A stretch of 32,720 nucleotides of DNA from Pseudomonadota bacterium (GCA_046730995.1 JBKPKF010000124.1:1-32720); one strand, 5' to 3'; shown: positions 8,088 to 16,830, counted from the stretch's first letter. Notes: generated by a model from the sequence alone, not told the origin. Made by a program: numbers and translations.

Positions 8088-9392
8088 TTAAATCGGATAG
8101 TGTCCCGGTTCGCCGGCAATCGTGATCCAGCGCAGTTCCGTAAAGGCTTCGATCCCCGCCCTTCCACCGAATCTGCCATAACCGGACGCGCCGAGGCCGC
8201 CGAACGGCATCTGGGGCTCGTCGTGAACTGTGGGCCCGTTGACATGGCAGATGCCCGATCGGATCCGCCGCGCGACCCTGAGCCCGCGCGCGCTGTCACG
8301 GGTGAAGACTGACGCCGACAGGCCGTAATCGCTGTCGTTGGCGACGCGGATCGCTTCTTCCTCGTCTGCGACGCGGACGATCCCGACCACCGGGCCGAAG
8401 CTTTCGTCCCGATAGAGGGTCATTTCCCGAGTGAGGTAGTCGATCACGTTCGCAGCGCCGGCCGAAATCTGCCGGGCGCCCTTGGCGAGCGCGTCCTCGA
8501 TAAGTGACTGCAACTTCGCTCCGGCCAGGTCGTCGAGTTGGAGGCCGACGGCCGCTTCGGGCATGCGCGATGCTTTCTCGGCCAGTTTTCGGGCGAATTC
8601 GTCGGCCACGGCCTCGACCGCGATGATCCGCTCGGTCGACATGCAGATCTGGCCGGCATTCATGAACGCGCCGAAGGCCGCGGCCTTCACCGCTTCGTCG
8701 AGATCGGCATCTTCCAGCACGATCAGCGGGGCCTTGCCGCCAAGTTCGAGCAGGACCGGTTTCAGATGCTCCGCAGCGCGGGCAGCAACGATCTTGCCGG
8801 TCGCGGTCGAGCCAGTGAAATTAACCCGCCGAACGGCCGGATGGTCGATCAGCGCGCCGACGATCTCAGCTGCTTCGTCGGGCGCGTTCCTGACGAGATT
8901 GACCACGCCTTCGGGAAAGCCCGCTTGTGCAAATGCTTCGACGATCAGGGCATGGGTTTCGGGACAACGCTCCGACGCTTTCAGGATAACCGTATTGCCG
9001 CAGGCGAGGGGCGTTGCGATTGCCCGGCAGCCGAGGATCACCGGAGCGTTCCACGGCGCGATTCCCAAAATGACTCCGACTGGCTCTCTCAGCGCGAGCG
9101 ACAGCAGGCCGGGCTTGTCCGAGGGGATTACTTCGCCCGTAATTTGAGTGGTCTGCGCGGCAGCTTCACGAACCATCCCCGCGCCGAGGTGGACATTGAA
9201 CCGCGCCCAAGGCTCGGACGCGCGAACTTCCTCCTGCATCGTATCGACGAAGGCGTCGGCGCGAGCTTCGAGCTCGGCGGCGGCGGCATTGAGCAAGGAT
9301 CGCCTCGCATTCGGACCGAGCTCGGACCATGCGGGAAATGCTGCCGCGGCTGCGTCGGCGACCTTATTTGCCCTTGTGATGATCTCACTCAT
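8088..9392 (-). CDS. Aldehyde dehydrogenase (aromatic aldehyde type, vanillin/salicylaldehyde-like), compact
   Basis: IAPWNAP, FTGSTATG, LLELGGK, GQICMSTER, ESFGPV and PFGG motifs. Confidence 0.88.
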   Translation of the reverse strand: MSEIITRANKVADAAAAAFPAWSELGPNARRSLLNAAAAELEARADAFVDTMQEEVRASEPWARFNVHLGAGMVREAAAQTTQITGEVIPSDKPGLLSLALREPVGVILGIAPWNAPVILGCRAIATPLACGNTVILKASERCPETHALIVEAFAQAGFPEGVVNLVRNAPDEAAEIVGALIDHPAVRRVNFTGSTATGKIVAARAAEHLKPVLLELGGKAPLIVLEDADLDEAVKAAAFGAFMNAGQICMSTERIIAVEAVADEFARKLAEKASRMPEAAVGLQLDDLAGAKLQSLIEDALAKGARQISAGAANVIDYLTREMTLYRDESFGPVVGIVRVADEEEAIRVANDSDYGLSASVFTRDSARGLRVARRIRSGICHVNGPTVHDEPQMPFGGLGASGYGRFGGRAGIEAFTELRWITIAGEPGHYPI

Positions 9393-9437
9393 GCGCGCCC
9401 GCTACACCGTTCGGCATCCACCCGCTATGGCGGGGGC

Positions 9438-10592
9438 ATGAACCCGCTTTACGAGACCATGCGGACGAGCGTGTTCGAGCGCATGTCGGGCCTGGCGGCT
9501 CGGCATGGGGCGGTCAATCTCGGGCAGGGCTTTCCCGATTTCGGCTGGCCGGACGAAATCCTCGATTCCGCTGCACGCGCGCTGAAGGAGGGCTCGAACC
9601 AGTACGCGCCCTCGCGCGGCGTCGAAGCGCTCCGCGAAGCGGTCGCGGCTTTCTACAATCGACATCAGCAGCTGGACATCGGCAGCGACCATGTGTGCGT
9701 GACGAGCGGAGCGACCGAAGCCTTGGGGTCCGCGATCCTCGCAACCGCCAGCCCTGGCGACGAGGTCATCATCTTCACTCCGGCCTACGACAGCTATGCG
9801 CCGATGATCCGGAGAGCCGGCGCAACGCCCGTCGAGGTCGCGTTGCGTCCCCCCGAGTGGCGCATCGAGCGCGAGGTTCTCGAAGCAGCGGCAACCCCGA
9901 AAACGCGCGCAATGATCTTCAACAATCCGCACAATCCCGCCGGGCGCCTGTTCGACCTCGAGGAGCTCAAGGCGGTGGAGGAATTCGCGCGCGAGCACGA
10001 CCTCATCGTTATTGCCGATGAGGTGTGGGAGAAGATCGTCCTGGACGGCCGGCAGTTCACGTCGATCGCGACTCTTCCGGGAATGGCGGAACGAACCATC
10101 AAGATCGGATCGGCCGGCAAGATCTTCTCGCTGACCGGGTGGAAAGTCGGCTGGATGGTTGCCGCGCCCGCGCTGGCGGGGGTCGTTGCGCGAGCCCACC
10201 AGTTCCTGACTTTCTCGACGGCACCCAACTTACAGTCGGCCGTCGCCTTCGGGCTCAACGAAGGCGATGCTTGGCTGGCGCCGATGCGGCAGCGCTTCGA
10301 GCGCGCCCGGGACCGGATGACCGAAGGATTGCGGAATGCCGGTTTCATCGTTCTCGACGCCGCTTCGACATATTTCCTGTGCGTCGACCTCGCCGCCTCC
10401 GGAATTACGATCGACGACGATAGCTTTGCTACGGCGGCCGTTGAGCGAGCCGGAGTTGCCGTGGTGCCGCTGTCGGCCTTCGCCGAGCGGGACCCGCCGC
10501 GAACGCTCGTCCGGCTATGTTTCGGCAAGAAGGACGAGACGATCGATGCCGGGGTCGCCGCAATGGCGAAAGCAAAGGAGATTCTCCGGTGA
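9438..10592 (+). CDS. Class I/II PLP aminotransferase (YbdL/kynurenine aminotransferase-like)
   Basis: NLGQGFPD, TSGATEA, NNPHNPAG, ADEVWE and GSAGKIFSLTGWKVGW. True start is ATG 9438, inside the over-long 684-aa ORF. Confidence 0.9.
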   Translation: MNPLYETMRTSVFERMSGLAARHGAVNLGQGFPDFGWPDEILDSAARALKEGSNQYAPSRGVEALREAVAAFYNRHQQLDIGSDHVCVTSGATEALGSAILATASPGDEVIIFTPAYDSYAPMIRRAGATPVEVALRPPEWRIEREVLEAAATPKTRAMIFNNPHNPAGRLFDLEELKAVEEFAREHDLIVIADEVWEKIVLDGRQFTSIATLPGMAERTIKIGSAGKIFSLTGWKVGWMVAAPALAGVVARAHQFLTFSTAPNLQSAVAFGLNEGDAWLAPMRQRFERARDRMTEGLRNAGFIVLDAASTYFLCVDLAASGITIDDDSFATAAVERAGVAVVPLSAFAERDPPRTLVRLCFGKKDETIDAGVAAMAKAKEILR

Positions 10593-12052
10593 ATCCCGCT
10601 GACGAAGCTTCCGCGCTGCTGAAGCAGTTCGGAATCGAAAGCTCCGGCGACCTCACCAGCCGGTCGCCCATCGACGGAAATGAAATCGGCCGGGTGGCGC
10701 CTGGCGATCCCGCTGACGCGGCGGCAAGGGCCAAGCAGGCTTTCCTCGAATGGCGCGACATCCCGGCGCCGCGCCGAGGCGAGCTCGTCCGGCTGCTCGG
10801 CGAAGAATTGCGCGCCGCAAAGGACCCGCTCGCTCGGCTAGTCACGCTCGAGGCCGGCAAGATCCTCCAGGAAAGCCTAGGCGAGGTCCAGGAGATGATC
10901 GACATCTGCGACTTCGCGGTCGGCCTGTCGCGCCAGCTCTATGGCCTCACCATCGCCAGCGAGCGGCCGGGCCATCGAATGATGGAGCAATGGCATCCGC
11001 TCGGACCCGTGCTGGTCATCAGCGCCTTCAACTTTCCCGTGGCGGTATGGGCGTGGAACGCCGCTCTGGCCCTCGTCTGCGGCGATCCGGTGATCTGGAA
11101 ACCCAGCGAGAAAACTCCGCTCTGCGCGGAAGCCGTCATGGCGCTCGCCAGGCTGGCCTGCGCGCGGTTCGGGGATGCGCCGGACGGCCTCATCCAGCTT
11201 GTTCAGGGTGAACGCGACGTTGGTTCGGCCCTGGTCGACGATCCAAGCATTGCCTTGGTGTCGGCGACCGGTTCGACGGCGATGGGTCGGGCAGTCGGGC
11301 CGCGGGTGGCTCAGCGCTTCGGCCGGGTCCTGCTCGAACTCGGCGGAAACAATGCGACGATCGTGTGCCCGTCGGCCGATCTTGAACTCGCGGCGCGCGC
11401 GATCCTGTTTTCCGCCGCAGGAACGGCGGGCCAGCGCTGCACGACCCTCAGGCGGCTGATTGTGCACGAAAGTATCGCCGATGAGCTGGCCGGCCGTCTC
11501 AAGCGCCTGTTCGCCGAGGTGAAGGTCGGCGATCCGCGCGACCCCGACACGCTCGTTGGGCCGCTGATCGATGAGGGCGCCTTCCGGTCGATGAAGGAGG
11601 TCCTGGGTGATGCCCTCGGGCGCGTGGACGCAGTGCCCGGGGGCTTCTACGTCCGCCCGGCCATCGTCGAGATTCCGGCGCAGGAGGGCCCCGTGCTCCT
11701 GGAGACGTTCGCGCCGATCGTCTACGTGCTTCGCTACCGCGATTTCGATGAAGCGATCCGTCTCAACAATGCGGTTCCGCAAGGCCTCAGTTCCTCGATC
11801 TTCACGAACGATCTGCGCGAGGCCGAGCGGTTCGTTTCGGCGGCCGGCTCCGACTGCGGCATCGCCAACGTCAACATCGGGCCCTCGGGCGCGGAGATTG
11901 GGGGAGCATTCGGCGGCGAGAAGGAGACTGGCGGCGGGCGCGAAAGCGGCTCGGACAGCTGGAAAGCCTACATGCGAAGACAGACCAACACGGTCAATTA
12001 TGGATCAGGCCTTCCCCTCGCTCAGGGCATTCGCTTCGACGTCGCCCCATAA
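10589..12052 (+). CDS. ALDH7/antiquitin-like aldehyde dehydrogenase (piperideine-6-carboxylate dehydrogenase-like)
   Basis: GEVQEMIDICDFAVGLSRQLYG, ISAFNFPVAVWAWN, GTAGQRCT and GAEIGGAFGGEKETGGGRESGSDSWK. GTG start overlaps the upstream TGA; RBS AAGGAG. Confidence 0.92.
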   Translation: MNPADEASALLKQFGIESSGDLTSRSPIDGNEIGRVAPGDPADAAARAKQAFLEWRDIPAPRRGELVRLLGEELRAAKDPLARLVTLEAGKILQESLGEVQEMIDICDFAVGLSRQLYGLTIASERPGHRMMEQWHPLGPVLVISAFNFPVAVWAWNAALALVCGDPVIWKPSEKTPLCAEAVMALARLACARFGDAPDGLIQLVQGERDVGSALVDDPSIALVSATGSTAMGRAVGPRVAQRFGRVLLELGGNNATIVCPSADLELAARAILFSAAGTAGQRCTTLRRLIVHESIADELAGRLKRLFAEVKVGDPRDPDTLVGPLIDEGAFRSMKEVLGDALGRVDAVPGGFYVRPAIVEIPAQEGPVLLETFAPIVYVLRYRDFDEAIRLNNAVPQGLSSSIFTNDLREAERFVSAAGSDCGIANVNIGPSGAEIGGAFGGEKETGGGRESGSDSWKAYMRRQTNTVNYGSGLPLAQGIRFDVAP

Positions 12053-12862
12053 GGCCAGCTTTTCTTCCGCGATCATCCCGGGCCAGCCGCGGCGGAACTT
12101 CGCTTTCCAGGGCTTCAGCGACTTCGGTTCGAGCGGCGGCGAGATCAGATAGCCCTGCACAACGTCGCAGCCGAGCTCGTGCACCAGCCTCAGCTGTTCC
12201 AGCGTCTCGACGCCCTCCGCTGTGACGCTGAGCCCGAGCCCATGCGCGAGATCGGTGATCGACTGGATGATCAGCCGGCAGTCGCGCGAGCGATCCACGT
12301 CCGCGATGAACGCCTGGTCAATCTTGACGTCGGTAAAAGGCAGCTGGCGAAGCTGCATGAGCGAGGAATAGCCGGTCCCGAAGTCGTCGATCGCCAGTCC
12401 GATGCCTTTGATCCGGAAGCGAGTCAGAGTGTCCATCAGCTTGACGAGCGGCTGGGTCGCGCCCTCGGTCAACTCGAGCACCAGCCGGTCCGTCGGCACA
12501 CCGAGCGCCCGGCACAGCCGCTCCACGAGGTCCGGGAAATCGAGATGCTGGAGGCTGAGCGCCGAAATATTGAATGCGATAGAGGTGTCCACGCCGTCAT
12601 CACGCCACTCGAGCCACTGCTTGAGGATTTCCCTCAGGCCCCATTGCGTCAGTTCGTCGATCAGCCCGTGGCTCTCGGCGAGCGGGACGAAACGCGAAGG
12701 CTCAACCGCACCAAGCTCGGGGTCGTCCCAGCGTACCAGCGCCTCGACCCGCACCAGGCTGCCATCGCGAAGGGAGACCTTTGGCTGATAAACCATGTGC
12801 AGTCTTTGCTTGTCGAGCGCTTGCCCGAAGCTTTCGAGCAGTTGCGCCTCGGACTTTTTCAT
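12005..12862 (-). CDS. Stand-alone EAL domain c-di-GMP phosphodiesterase
   Basis: YQPKV, EALVRW, FNIS, LELTE, DDFGTGYSS, VKID, AEGVE and VQGY; all catalytic residues are present. Confidence 0.93.
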   Translation of the reverse strand: MKKSEAQLLESFGQALDKQRLHMVYQPKVSLRDGSLVRVEALVRWDDPELGAVEPSRFVPLAESHGLIDELTQWGLREILKQWLEWRDDGVDTSIAFNISALSLQHLDFPDLVERLCRALGVPTDRLVLELTEGATQPLVKLMDTLTRFRIKGIGLAIDDFGTGYSSLMQLRQLPFTDVKIDQAFIADVDRSRDCRLIIQSITDLAHGLGLSVTAEGVETLEQLRLVHELGCDVVQGYLISPPLEPKSLKPWKAKFRRGWPGMIAEEKLALWGDVEANALSEGKA

Positions 12863-13251
12863 CAGCCTTCCAGACTGGCCTTGAGTTCGTTGAGGAGGGT
12901 TTCGAGCTGTTCGAGCCGAACCGGCTTTTCGAGCGGACCGGCCATAGCAAGACCAAGCGCTTCGCCGAGCCGGAAGGCCGATTCGAGGACTCGGCGGTCG
13001 AATCCGCTGACGATCAGCACCGGCGAGCGAAAATCCTGCTCAGCAAGGAAGCGGAGAAGCTCGATCCCGTCCATTCCGGGCATTCCGAGATCGAGCGCGA
13101 CCATATTCGGGCGATCGCGCACGAATTCCTCGCGAAATTGCCAATCCTCGGAGGTGATCACGGGCTCAAAACCGGTTTCGCGAGCGGCATTGGCGAGAAA
13201 TTCCGCAAGAGCCGGCTCATCATCGATCAAGAGCAACCGCGGCTCCGGCAT
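12862..13251 (-). CDS. Single-domain response regulator (RocR-type receiver)
   Basis: LLLIDDE, ALDLGMPGMDG (phospho-Asp), VSG and LEKP. RBS GAGAGG before ATG 13251; TGATG overlap with the EAL gene. Confidence 0.9.
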   Translation of the reverse strand: MPEPRLLLIDDEPALAEFLANAARETGFEPVITSEDWQFREEFVRDRPNMVALDLGMPGMDGIELLRFLAEQDFRSPVLIVSGFDRRVLESAFRLGEALGLAMAGPLEKPVRLEQLETLLNELKASLEG

Positions 13252-13387
13252 TCGTACACCTCTCTCCCGGCGACGTGCTGCGCCCCAACAAGGCGGTAGG
13301 TCAAGCAAAGGAAACGCTCTTTTAACCGCACTGTCCATAAAGTCCCATTTTGAGGCGGTTCGTCCGCCGTTCTGGAGGCGCTAAAGG

Positions 13388-14089
13388 ATGTTTGGATCGC
13401 TGATCCGCAGGAAACCTGGCGCGGGAGAAGGCGGGCCGACCGACGCCGCGTTCGAGTCGACCACCGTGTCGCTCTCCACATCGGTACCTCGCCCGGTCGA
13501 GCGGCGCACCGAAGAGCGTATGTCCGCCATGCTTCGTGTCGGAAAGGTGACCAGCTCCACCGGCGAGCAGCTGATCCGCATCAAGAACCTGTCGGCCGGT
13601 GGGTTGATGGCCTTCGTCAATCATGCTCCGGCTCCGGGCGAACAAGTTGATGTTGAGATTTCCTCCCAGAAGATCCCGTCGACGGTCGTGTGGATCCGCG
13701 ACGATGTCGTCGGCTTCAAGTTCGACCAGAATGTGGACCTCGGCGAGCTGCTCGCCGGAAGGAAACCTCGCCACGGCTTCAGGGCGCGCCCGCCGCGGCT
13801 CGAAATCCGCTGCAAGGCGTCCATCAAGGTGGGCAAGGTCTATTACACGGTCGACGTCCACGACATTTCGCTCGGCGGGATGAAGGTGGAGCCGATCGAG
13901 GAATATTGCGTCGGCAAGCCGGTGGTCGTGGTTGTCGAGAGCCTGAAGCCGGTGAAAGGCGAGGTTCGCTGGTATTCCGAACGGAAGGCCGGAATCGTGT
14001 TCGACACTCCGCTCGACTTCGATGAGCTTGCGGAATGGGTCGGGAAACGGCTCGAGCTCGCCAGCCTCAAGGCCAGCTACAACAAGTAA
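13388..14089 (+). CDS. Tandem PilZ domain protein
   Basis: First domain has RRTEER and NLSAGG; second has RARPPR and DISLGG. Each is followed by a VVW/VRW...G..F strand pattern. Confidence 0.88.
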   Translation: MFGSLIRRKPGAGEGGPTDAAFESTTVSLSTSVPRPVERRTEERMSAMLRVGKVTSSTGEQLIRIKNLSAGGLMAFVNHAPAPGEQVDVEISSQKIPSTVVWIRDDVVGFKFDQNVDLGELLAGRKPRHGFRARPPRLEIRCKASIKVGKVYYTVDVHDISLGGMKVEPIEEYCVGKPVVVVVESLKPVKGEVRWYSERKAGIVFDTPLDFDELAEWVGKRLELASLKASYNK

Positions 14090-14094
14090 GGCTT

Positions 14095-14165
14095 CCGTCA
14101 TTGCGAGCGGAGCGAAGCAATCCAGTCTGGATTGCCGCGGCCGCTGCGCGGCCTCGCAATGACGG
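14095..14165. repeat. CGTC-tagged REP-like palindromic element (GTCATTGCGAG family)
   Basis: CCGTCATTGCGAG...GCAATCCAG-T-CTGGATTGC...CTCGCAATGACGG, with terminal inverted repeats and an internal hairpin. Confidence 0.88.
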
Positions 14166-14208
14166 CTCGGCGCTCCTATCTGGATCGCGAGCAGAAGGAG
14201 ACACGATC

Positions 14209-14757
14209 ATGGCCGACGAAGTCGCAGTCTTGGCGGGCGGATGCTTCTGGTGCACCGAGGCGGTGTTCCTCGATGTCGTCGGAGTGAAGTCGGTCGAAAG
14301 TGGTTATACCGGCGGCGACGTCGCGAACCCCACCTACAAGCAGGTCTGCGGTGGCGATACCGGCCATGCCGAAGCCATCCGGATCACCTACGACAATCGG
14401 CAACTGAGTTTCGACGACCTGCTCGACATCTTCTTCGCAACTCACGACCCGACGCAGCTCAATCGGCAGGGCAATGATGTCGGGACTCAATATCGTTCGG
14501 CCATCTTCCCTCAGACGGACGAGCAGGAGCAAAAGGCGAGGGCGGCGATCGAACGCAACAACGCCGATCACGGCAATCGGATCGTCACCACGATCGAGCC
14601 GAAGGCCGAATGGTATCCGGCCGAGGACTATCACCAGGATTATTGGGCCGGGGAGGGCCAGCGGAACCCTTATTGTCTCGCCGTCATCCCGCCCAAGCTC
14701 CAGAAACTGAGGAAGAGCTTCCAGGAACGAACGAAGAGCGCTGCCGCGACGGCCTAG
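14209..14757 (+). CDS. msrA: Peptide-methionine (S)-S-oxide reductase
   Basis: [39 protein letters not shown] and PYC. RBS AAGGAG. Confidence 0.96.
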   Translation: MADEVAVLAGGCFWCTEAVFLDVVGVKSVESGYTGGDVANPTYKQVCGGDTGHAEAIRITYDNRQLSFDDLLDIFFATHDPTQLNRQGNDVGTQYRSAIFPQTDEQEQKARAAIERNNADHGNRIVTTIEPKAEWYPAEDYHQDYWAGEGQRNPYCLAVIPPKLQKLRKSFQERTKSAAATA

Positions 14758-14762
14758 CGACG

Positions 14763-14789
14763 CCTCCCTCCGCGTCGGGCGGAGGGAGG
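14763..14789. terminator. Hairpin between convergent genes, probable terminator
   Basis: CCTCCCTCCGC-GTCGG-GCGGAGGGAGG, 11-bp stem with only a weak U-tract. Confidence 0.6.
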
Positions 14790-14804
14790 GCGCTTAAGCG
14801 ATAA

Positions 14805-15389
14805 TCAGTTGCCGGAAGGCGCTGCAGTCGCCTCGGCGGGAGCTTCTGCCGGAGCTGCTGGAACTGCCGCTGCCGTCGGGACTGCGGCGGGCGCAGCGAC
14901 GGAGCGTCGGGCGATTTCAGCGTCGAGCGCGGTAAAGAAGGTGCCGTAAGGCTCAGCGATCTTTACGAGCTTTCCGTCGGTGAATGCGGTTGCGAAGAGC
15001 CCCCGTGATTTGCTCTCCGCCTCGATCAGGTTGAGGCGAACACGTGCCTGGGTGGGGCCGTTCTCTTCGACCAGGATGGACGCTTTCTGAGTCCGCTTCT
15101 TTTTCCCGACTCCCCACAGGATGTTATAGATGATCTTGCCCTTGGTTTCGGTGACGGCACTGATCGTCCCCGCGTCCTTGCTGGCGTTTATGTCGATATA
15201 GCCGAGCGTTTGAAGGGCCGAGATTGATGCGGTGAATGCGATATTCGCGGGCACTGAATAAGTGCGCGCTTGAGCAGTCGCCAACTCTGTGGCCGATAAT
15301 TCGACAGGCTTGTTCTCAGCCGCTGCCGCCGGAGTCACACTCAAAACGGCGAGCGCGAACGCCGCCGCAAATTTCACTCTGCGATTCAC
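14805..15389 (-). CDS. Exported hypothetical protein with an Ala/Pro-rich tail
   Basis: GTG start after RBS GGGGGA, signal peptide NRRVKFAAAFALAVLSVTPAAA, a globular middle region and a low-complexity C-terminus. Confidence 0.75.
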   Translation of the reverse strand: MNRRVKFAAAFALAVLSVTPAAAAENKPVELSATELATAQARTYSVPANIAFTASISALQTLGYIDINASKDAGTISAVTETKGKIIYNILWGVGKKKRTQKASILVEENGPTQARVRLNLIEAESKSRGLFATAFTDGKLVKIAEPYGTFFTALDAEIARRSVAAPAAVPTAAAVPAAPAEAPAEATAAPSGN

Positions 15390-15405
15390 TTGAAATTCCC
15401 CCGAT

Positions 15406-15433
15406 AAAAATAAGACCGGGCCCTCACCCGGTC
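15406..15433 (-). terminator. Intrinsic-terminator-like hairpin downstream of sua5
   Basis: Minus strand GACCGGG-TGAGGG-CCCGGTC-TTATTTTT. Confidence 0.6.
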
Positions 15434-15483
15434 GACGGGAGCCTAAGTGCTTACGATTGCGAGCACAAGTGGCCTTCGAAAGC

Positions 15484-16392
15484 TTAGCAGGCCGCCGCTC
15501 GCTTGAGCCTGTCGTTGATCGCGGCCCCGAGGCCCTCGTCCGGCACCGGCGCGACGGCGATGCGCGGCTTGGCTGACTCGTCGGCCTCGTGGAGCAGGTC
15601 AAAAAGCCGAGCCGCAGCTTCGGCGAGATCTCCTGCCGGGCTCAGGTTCGAATCGCCGGCAATTGGCCCGAACCCGATAAGATATTCGTCGGCCGCGGCA
15701 TCGCTAACGTTGAGCCGCAGCGGTTTCGAAGGCGCATAATGGCTGGCCATCTGGCCCGGCGCTTCGATTTGATCGCCCGAAGCCGATTGTGCGTCCAGCT
15801 GGATCGGGCCTCGCCGGAGCAGGCGGAGCGGGCCGCCGGTCGAGGCGACGATCGTCGACTCGATCCCGCGCTGTGTAGGTCCAGAATCCACGATCAGCGG
15901 GATTCGCCCGCTTAGGCTCTTCAGCACATGTTCGGCGCGCGTCGGGCTGATCGAGCCGCTGGCGTTGGCGGACGGTGCGGCGAGCGGTCGCTCCGCCGCC
16001 CTCAGCAATGCCTGCATAGCCGGGTGCGAGGGCACGCGAAGGCCGATCGTCGCCAGCCCTGCGCTGACAATCGACGCGATCCCGGCTTCGGGGTGCAAGG
16101 GAACCACGACCGTCAGCGGGCCGGGCCAATGGTCTTTAGAGAGCGCCCGCCCAACATCGTCGAACGCGCCGATCCGCTCAGCCGCGGCGAGGCTAGATAC
16201 GTGTACGATCAATGGGTTGAAGCTCGGTCTTCCCTTCGCTTCGTAAATTCGCGCGACCGCATTTGGGTTCGTCGCATCAGCAGCGAGGCCGTAAACCGTC
16301 TCGGTCGCGATCGCGACCGGCTCGCCGGCGAGGATAAGCCGGCAAGCTTCGGCGATCGCATCTTCGCTGAACGGGAGGACCCGCGTCTCCAT
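15484..16392 (-). CDS. sua5: L-threonylcarbamoyladenylate synthase (Sua5/TsaC2)
   Basis: TETVYGLAADA, KGRPSFNPLIVH, WPGPLT, AAPSANASG, GIESTI, APGQMASHYAP and GLGAAINDRLKRAA. Confidence 0.95.
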   Translation of the reverse strand: METRVLPFSEDAIAEACRLILAGEPVAIATETVYGLAADATNPNAVARIYEAKGRPSFNPLIVHVSSLAAAERIGAFDDVGRALSKDHWPGPLTVVVPLHPEAGIASIVSAGLATIGLRVPSHPAMQALLRAAERPLAAPSANASGSISPTRAEHVLKSLSGRIPLIVDSGPTQRGIESTIVASTGGPLRLLRRGPIQLDAQSASGDQIEAPGQMASHYAPSKPLRLNVSDAAADEYLIGFGPIAGDSNLSPAGDLAEAAARLFDLLHEADESAKPRIAVAPVPDEGLGAAINDRLKRAAAC

Positions 16393-16429
16393 GAGATCGG
16401 GCTAGAGGATTCCGTCCTCCGCCGGAATA

Positions 16430-16786
16430 CTAGGCGCGTTCGCGATCCGTAAGCTGTGCCAGGTCAAGTCCCAACCGCTGCATGCGCGCGCGGATCTGCG
16501 GCCATTCTTCGGAAACGAAGCGGCTGCGCTCGGAATCCCGTAACCGCACCCGCGCGCCCGGAGCGACGAACATGCCCACTCCGCGCTTCACCACAATCAG
16601 GCCTTCGTCCTGGAAGCCCTGATAGGCCTTGGCGACCGTGAGCGGATTTGCTTGCTCCTCGGCCGCGAGGGCTCGGACCGACGGGAGCGGATCTCCGTCC
16701 CCATATTTTCCGGCGAGGATCGCGTCCGCGATCGTCTCGCGCAGGCGGACGTAGACCGGCTTGTCGTGCTGGGTGCGAAGCGTCAT
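16430..16786 (-). CDS. GntR family regulator, YtrA subfamily
   Basis: 118 aa; PVYVRL...LPSVRALA....NPLTVAKAY...RGVGMFV followed by a short helical C-domain. Confidence 0.92.
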   Translation of the reverse strand: MTLRTQHDKPVYVRLRETIADAILAGKYGDGDPLPSVRALAAEEQANPLTVAKAYQGFQDEGLIVVKRGVGMFVAPGARVRLRDSERSRFVSEEWPQIRARMQRLGLDLAQLTDRERA

Positions 16787-16820
16787 GCTGTCATAATACA
16801 GCGTTGCAGAGCAAATTCAA
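16787..16820 (-). promoter_or_regulatory. Sigma70-like promoter of leaderless type with overlapping palindrome (YtrA-type operator candidate)
   Basis: Minus strand TTGAAT-16nt-TATTAT-6nt-ATG. Inverted repeat GCTGT-CATAAT-ACAGC (16787-16802) covers the -10 box. Confidence 0.65.
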
Positions 16821-16830
16821 CTGACAAAGG

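Noticed and set aside
8538-9437. 300-aa N-terminal extension of the aminotransferase ORF
   Set aside because: It is antisense to the ALDH gene; homology motifs begin at ATG 9438.
14035-14208. N-terminal extension of msrA containing the REP (in-frame repeat peptide)
   Set aside because: It overlaps the PilZ gene, and a strong AAGGAG RBS supports ATG 14209.
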